A DNA stretch of 64,000 bases from assembly GCA_964645835.1 (NCBI GenBank), contig CAZYDG010000052.1:23877-87876 (forward strand). Reading direction: 5' to 3'. Below the pieces are notes generated by a model, which saw nothing but the letters and a program-made list of their open reading frames with translations, made no database searches and was not told the origin of the DNA. Within the stretch, counting starts at the first letter, position 1. The number at the start of each line of letters is the position of its first letter. The translations under genes and the position numbers were made by a program. The DNA comes from an uncultured Syntrophaceae bacterium (lineage in GTDB: Bacteria; Desulfobacterota; Syntrophia; Syntrophales; UBA8958). This document shows, in pieces, positions 61,296-64,000 of this stretch.

Positions 61296-61353
61296 TCAAA
61301 TACAGTCTATTGATTTACAGTTGTTTAGAGGATACGTGAAAGACCCTCAATCC

Positions 61354-64000
61354 TTAGAAGGCTGCCACAATTGTTGTCGGACTGGTCACATCGATTTGAC
61401 TCCATGTAGTACCGTCCCATTTCGAGAGACCGGTTGCCCCATAATTCGCATACAATATCGAACCTGAGGCTTGCATGCTTGTCGGAACAGCGGCGTTGAT
61501 CTTAGTCCATGCAGTGCCATTCCACTGCCAGAGTCCGGACGCTCCGTAGTCCGCATACATCATGGATCCCGAGGCCACCATACTAACCGGTGCAACCGTA
61601 TTGATCTTGCTCCAGGCAAAACCATCCCATTTCCAGAGCCCGGCAGTCCCGAAGTCCGTATACAACACCGAATCTGTGGCCAGCATGCTCGTCGGTCCGG
61701 CAATGTTAATCTTACTCCAAGCATTACCGTCCCATTTCCAGAGTCCGCTTGCCCCATAGTTCGCATACAGGGTAGAACCTGCAGTCAACATGCTGGTTGG
61801 TGCGGCCGTATTTATCTGACTCCAGGTTCCCAGATCCCATTGCCAGAGGGCTCCTGCCTTAACCGCATAGAGCAGACTGTTCACATTGAAGACAATCGGC
61901 CGCATCAGGTCATACTCCTCATGGCCCAGGATGTGGCAATGCCATGCATATTCATGACCGAAATTGGTCATCGCATTGACCGTGGAAGTGGGTACACCTG
62001 TCACCGGGTCAATCAGCATGATTGTGGCATTCACCGGGGCAGTCGGATCCAGGGGACGAACGCTCTCGGGCATTTCAAAAGGAACTACAGGAAGTGTCGG
62101 TCTCATGCAACAATCACATCCTGCAAACGATTCATCTGGACTGTTTCCTTCCAGCCCATTTCGTCGGGATCGGGCGGTAGGATCTGCCCGGTCCAGTCGA
62201 TACGGTTGACTACCTGCACATCAGTCAGGTGAAAATGGATAGGATGGGTGTCAATACCGTTGTGAGTAATCTTCCAGAGCTGGACCTGGTCGTTACGAAG
62301 ATTTTCCGTTGATTTTGAGGCATACTCCAAGGGGATTGAAGGCGTCAATCCATTCGGCGCCTGGGTGCCGAGCATGGCATTGATCCTGCCATAGGTGGCA
62401 TCAAAGCCCTCATTGACCGATTTTCCCTGGAGGGGTATGGAAATGCCGTTTACCGTCATCGCCGTATCCGTAAGTTTCGCAAAAACATTGGCCGGGACTA
62501 TGTGCGCGGGCTGTGACGCGTTGTAGGCGGTTGTCAGCGCCGTCGTCAACGCAGGCAGGGTGACAGGGGTGATCGTACCGGGTGTTGCTGCCACCACGCG
62601 GAACTGCATCATGGTCCGGGTATTCGGGCCGAATCCGGCCAGGGTCGAAGGTGCGCCGCCGATGGGCGTTTGATCCGGGATGCCCGTGAAATAGTCATAA
62701 CGAGGATCGCCTCCCGGCAGGGCCGCGGGTGCGTCGTTGTAAAGGATGATGTTCGTACCGGGAACCACTCCGGTGAAATCGATGATAACGTCCGCCCGTT
62801 CCGCCGGCTGAAGCAGAAGAGTTTTGCTGGCAATGTTACCAACGCCGTCAAAGTTGATCGGAGTGTTGGGATACACGACAGGCGACGGCAGGAAACCGCT
62901 TTCGGTACCGATTCGGATCATCTGGGGGCCTACCTTGGTCGGATCAGGGACACCCCCTATCCTGCCGTCCGTCGGCCAGGTCTCGGGCCAGCACCCTATC
63001 GCGGGGTTTGTTACCTGTGTTGCCGGTGGAGCAGGCGGCACACCGGCCGGCGTTATATAGTTGGGAGTGCCCACCGTAACACCGGCGGCGCAGATGGGTA
63101 GGGTCGATAATGCATCATGGGGGATCGCGGGGAGCATGGCGACTTCCGTACCTGTAACCAAATTGACGGTGGGAGCCGTCGTATATCCGCTGCCTGCGTA
63201 TACAAGCGTTACGCCCGTAACGGCGCCGGCGGCGTTAATCGTTGCTGTCGCCTTGGCCGCTGTTCCTCCAGCTCCTAAGACGCCCCCCGTGAAGACCACG
63301 GCAGGAGCCACCGTATAACCGGAGCCCGCAACCCCAAGCGTGACCGTAAGGGCACCGGTGCCGGCGACGAGTGCGGCTGTTGCCGTGGCGCCGGTGCCGC
63401 CATTGGCTTGATACAATTGCAGGTCTAAAGACCGGTCATTGGCGGCGTTCAGGACGCGGAAACGATAGGCCTTGGCCTCCACAGTCAGATAAGGATAGGC
63501 AGCACCGTTGACGACAGGTGTATCCATGAAAGCTTCCGGTGTGATGGATAATACCGGCAATGCCAGGGTAGCGGGCGATGGGGGCCAGACCCAGGGACCA
63601 TAATCCCATCTTCCGGCCGGGTTCAATCCATTGGCCGCTGTAATTTCCTGGCTCGGCTCATAGACATGGGGCATCCATAGATCTCCGGTTGCACCCATCC
63701 CTAGGGGAACAGCGCCACTCCACAGGGTATCCTGCCCGGTCGTGCTGACCGGAGTACCCACATTCGCAGGGACAAAGGTCTTATCCTGAATGACAAGAGG
63801 AATTCCGTATTTATATACCGCCGGCATCAAAGCCCCGGGAATGCTCCCTGTGGCTCCCGTGCCGATCAATGTATCCTCTGCCGGCTCCACAATCAGATAG
63901 CCCGCTGCTTCACCCGCATAGACGTTGAGTCGGGTGATTCCGTGAGTATGATCGTGGTAGAACATGAGTCGGCTGCTCTGCTCGTTGCTCCAGAAATATG
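61354..64000 (-). CDS. Large multicopper oxidase (CotA/MofA-like) with C-terminal repeats; split by a 1-nt frameshift near 62105; 5' end outside the window
   Basis: FYHDH, HPIHFH and HCHILGHEEYDLM copper motifs are spread over ORFs 62103-63965 and 61354-62106; GCATGA should read GCA ATG. Confidence 0.85.
61360..61880 (-). repeat. Five tandem 105-bp (35-aa) coding repeats
   Basis: The Trp codon of GLW(K/Q)WDG recurs at 61416, 61521, 61626, 61731 and 61836. Confidence 0.85.

Noticed and set aside
1-64000. tRNA, rRNA, riboswitch, prophage or intact IS
   Set aside because: No recognisable signatures by eye. A covariance-model scan would be needed to exclude small RNAs.

Overview
This is a 64 kb window of a bacterial chromosome. 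Gene content and style are consistent with an anaerobic Desulfobacterota, probably Syntrophales-like; the taxonomy is inferred. Main blocks in order: SBP plus PAS kinase, hrpA, VIT1; an hsp20 triplet; MBL-hydrolase/pyrD/pyrK/rimI and mannose-type PTS IIA-IIB-IIC; two large signalling clusters (hybrid kinases, a GGDEF-REC-HD-GYP-HPt fusion); phasin-like, LEA2, crotonase, MltD-like, pip and S41 protease genes; a minus-strand dissimilatory sulfite reduction cluster (YeiH-dsrA-B-D-N-C-M2-K2-M-K-J-O-P); a second, inverted hsp20 operon carrying a stand-alone diadenylate cyclase and a J-domain protein; and a split multicopper oxidase with 105-bp repeats. Best candidate for an undescribed system: an hsp20/diadenylate cyclase/DnaJ operon. 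It is present as two inverted copies about 50 kb apart with reciprocal deletions, which reconstructs an ancestral hsp20x3-DAC-J operon and suggests c-di-AMP synthesis coupled to protein-stress response. Other notable signals: the dsrAB N-termini look atypical for Desulfobacterota; the membrane and transport arm of the dsr cluster carries several lesions while dsrABDNC look intact; two matching triple 19-bp palindrome arrays; several MITE/REP-like hairpins. No rRNA, tRNA or CRISPR array was seen. Some frameshifts may be assembly errors.
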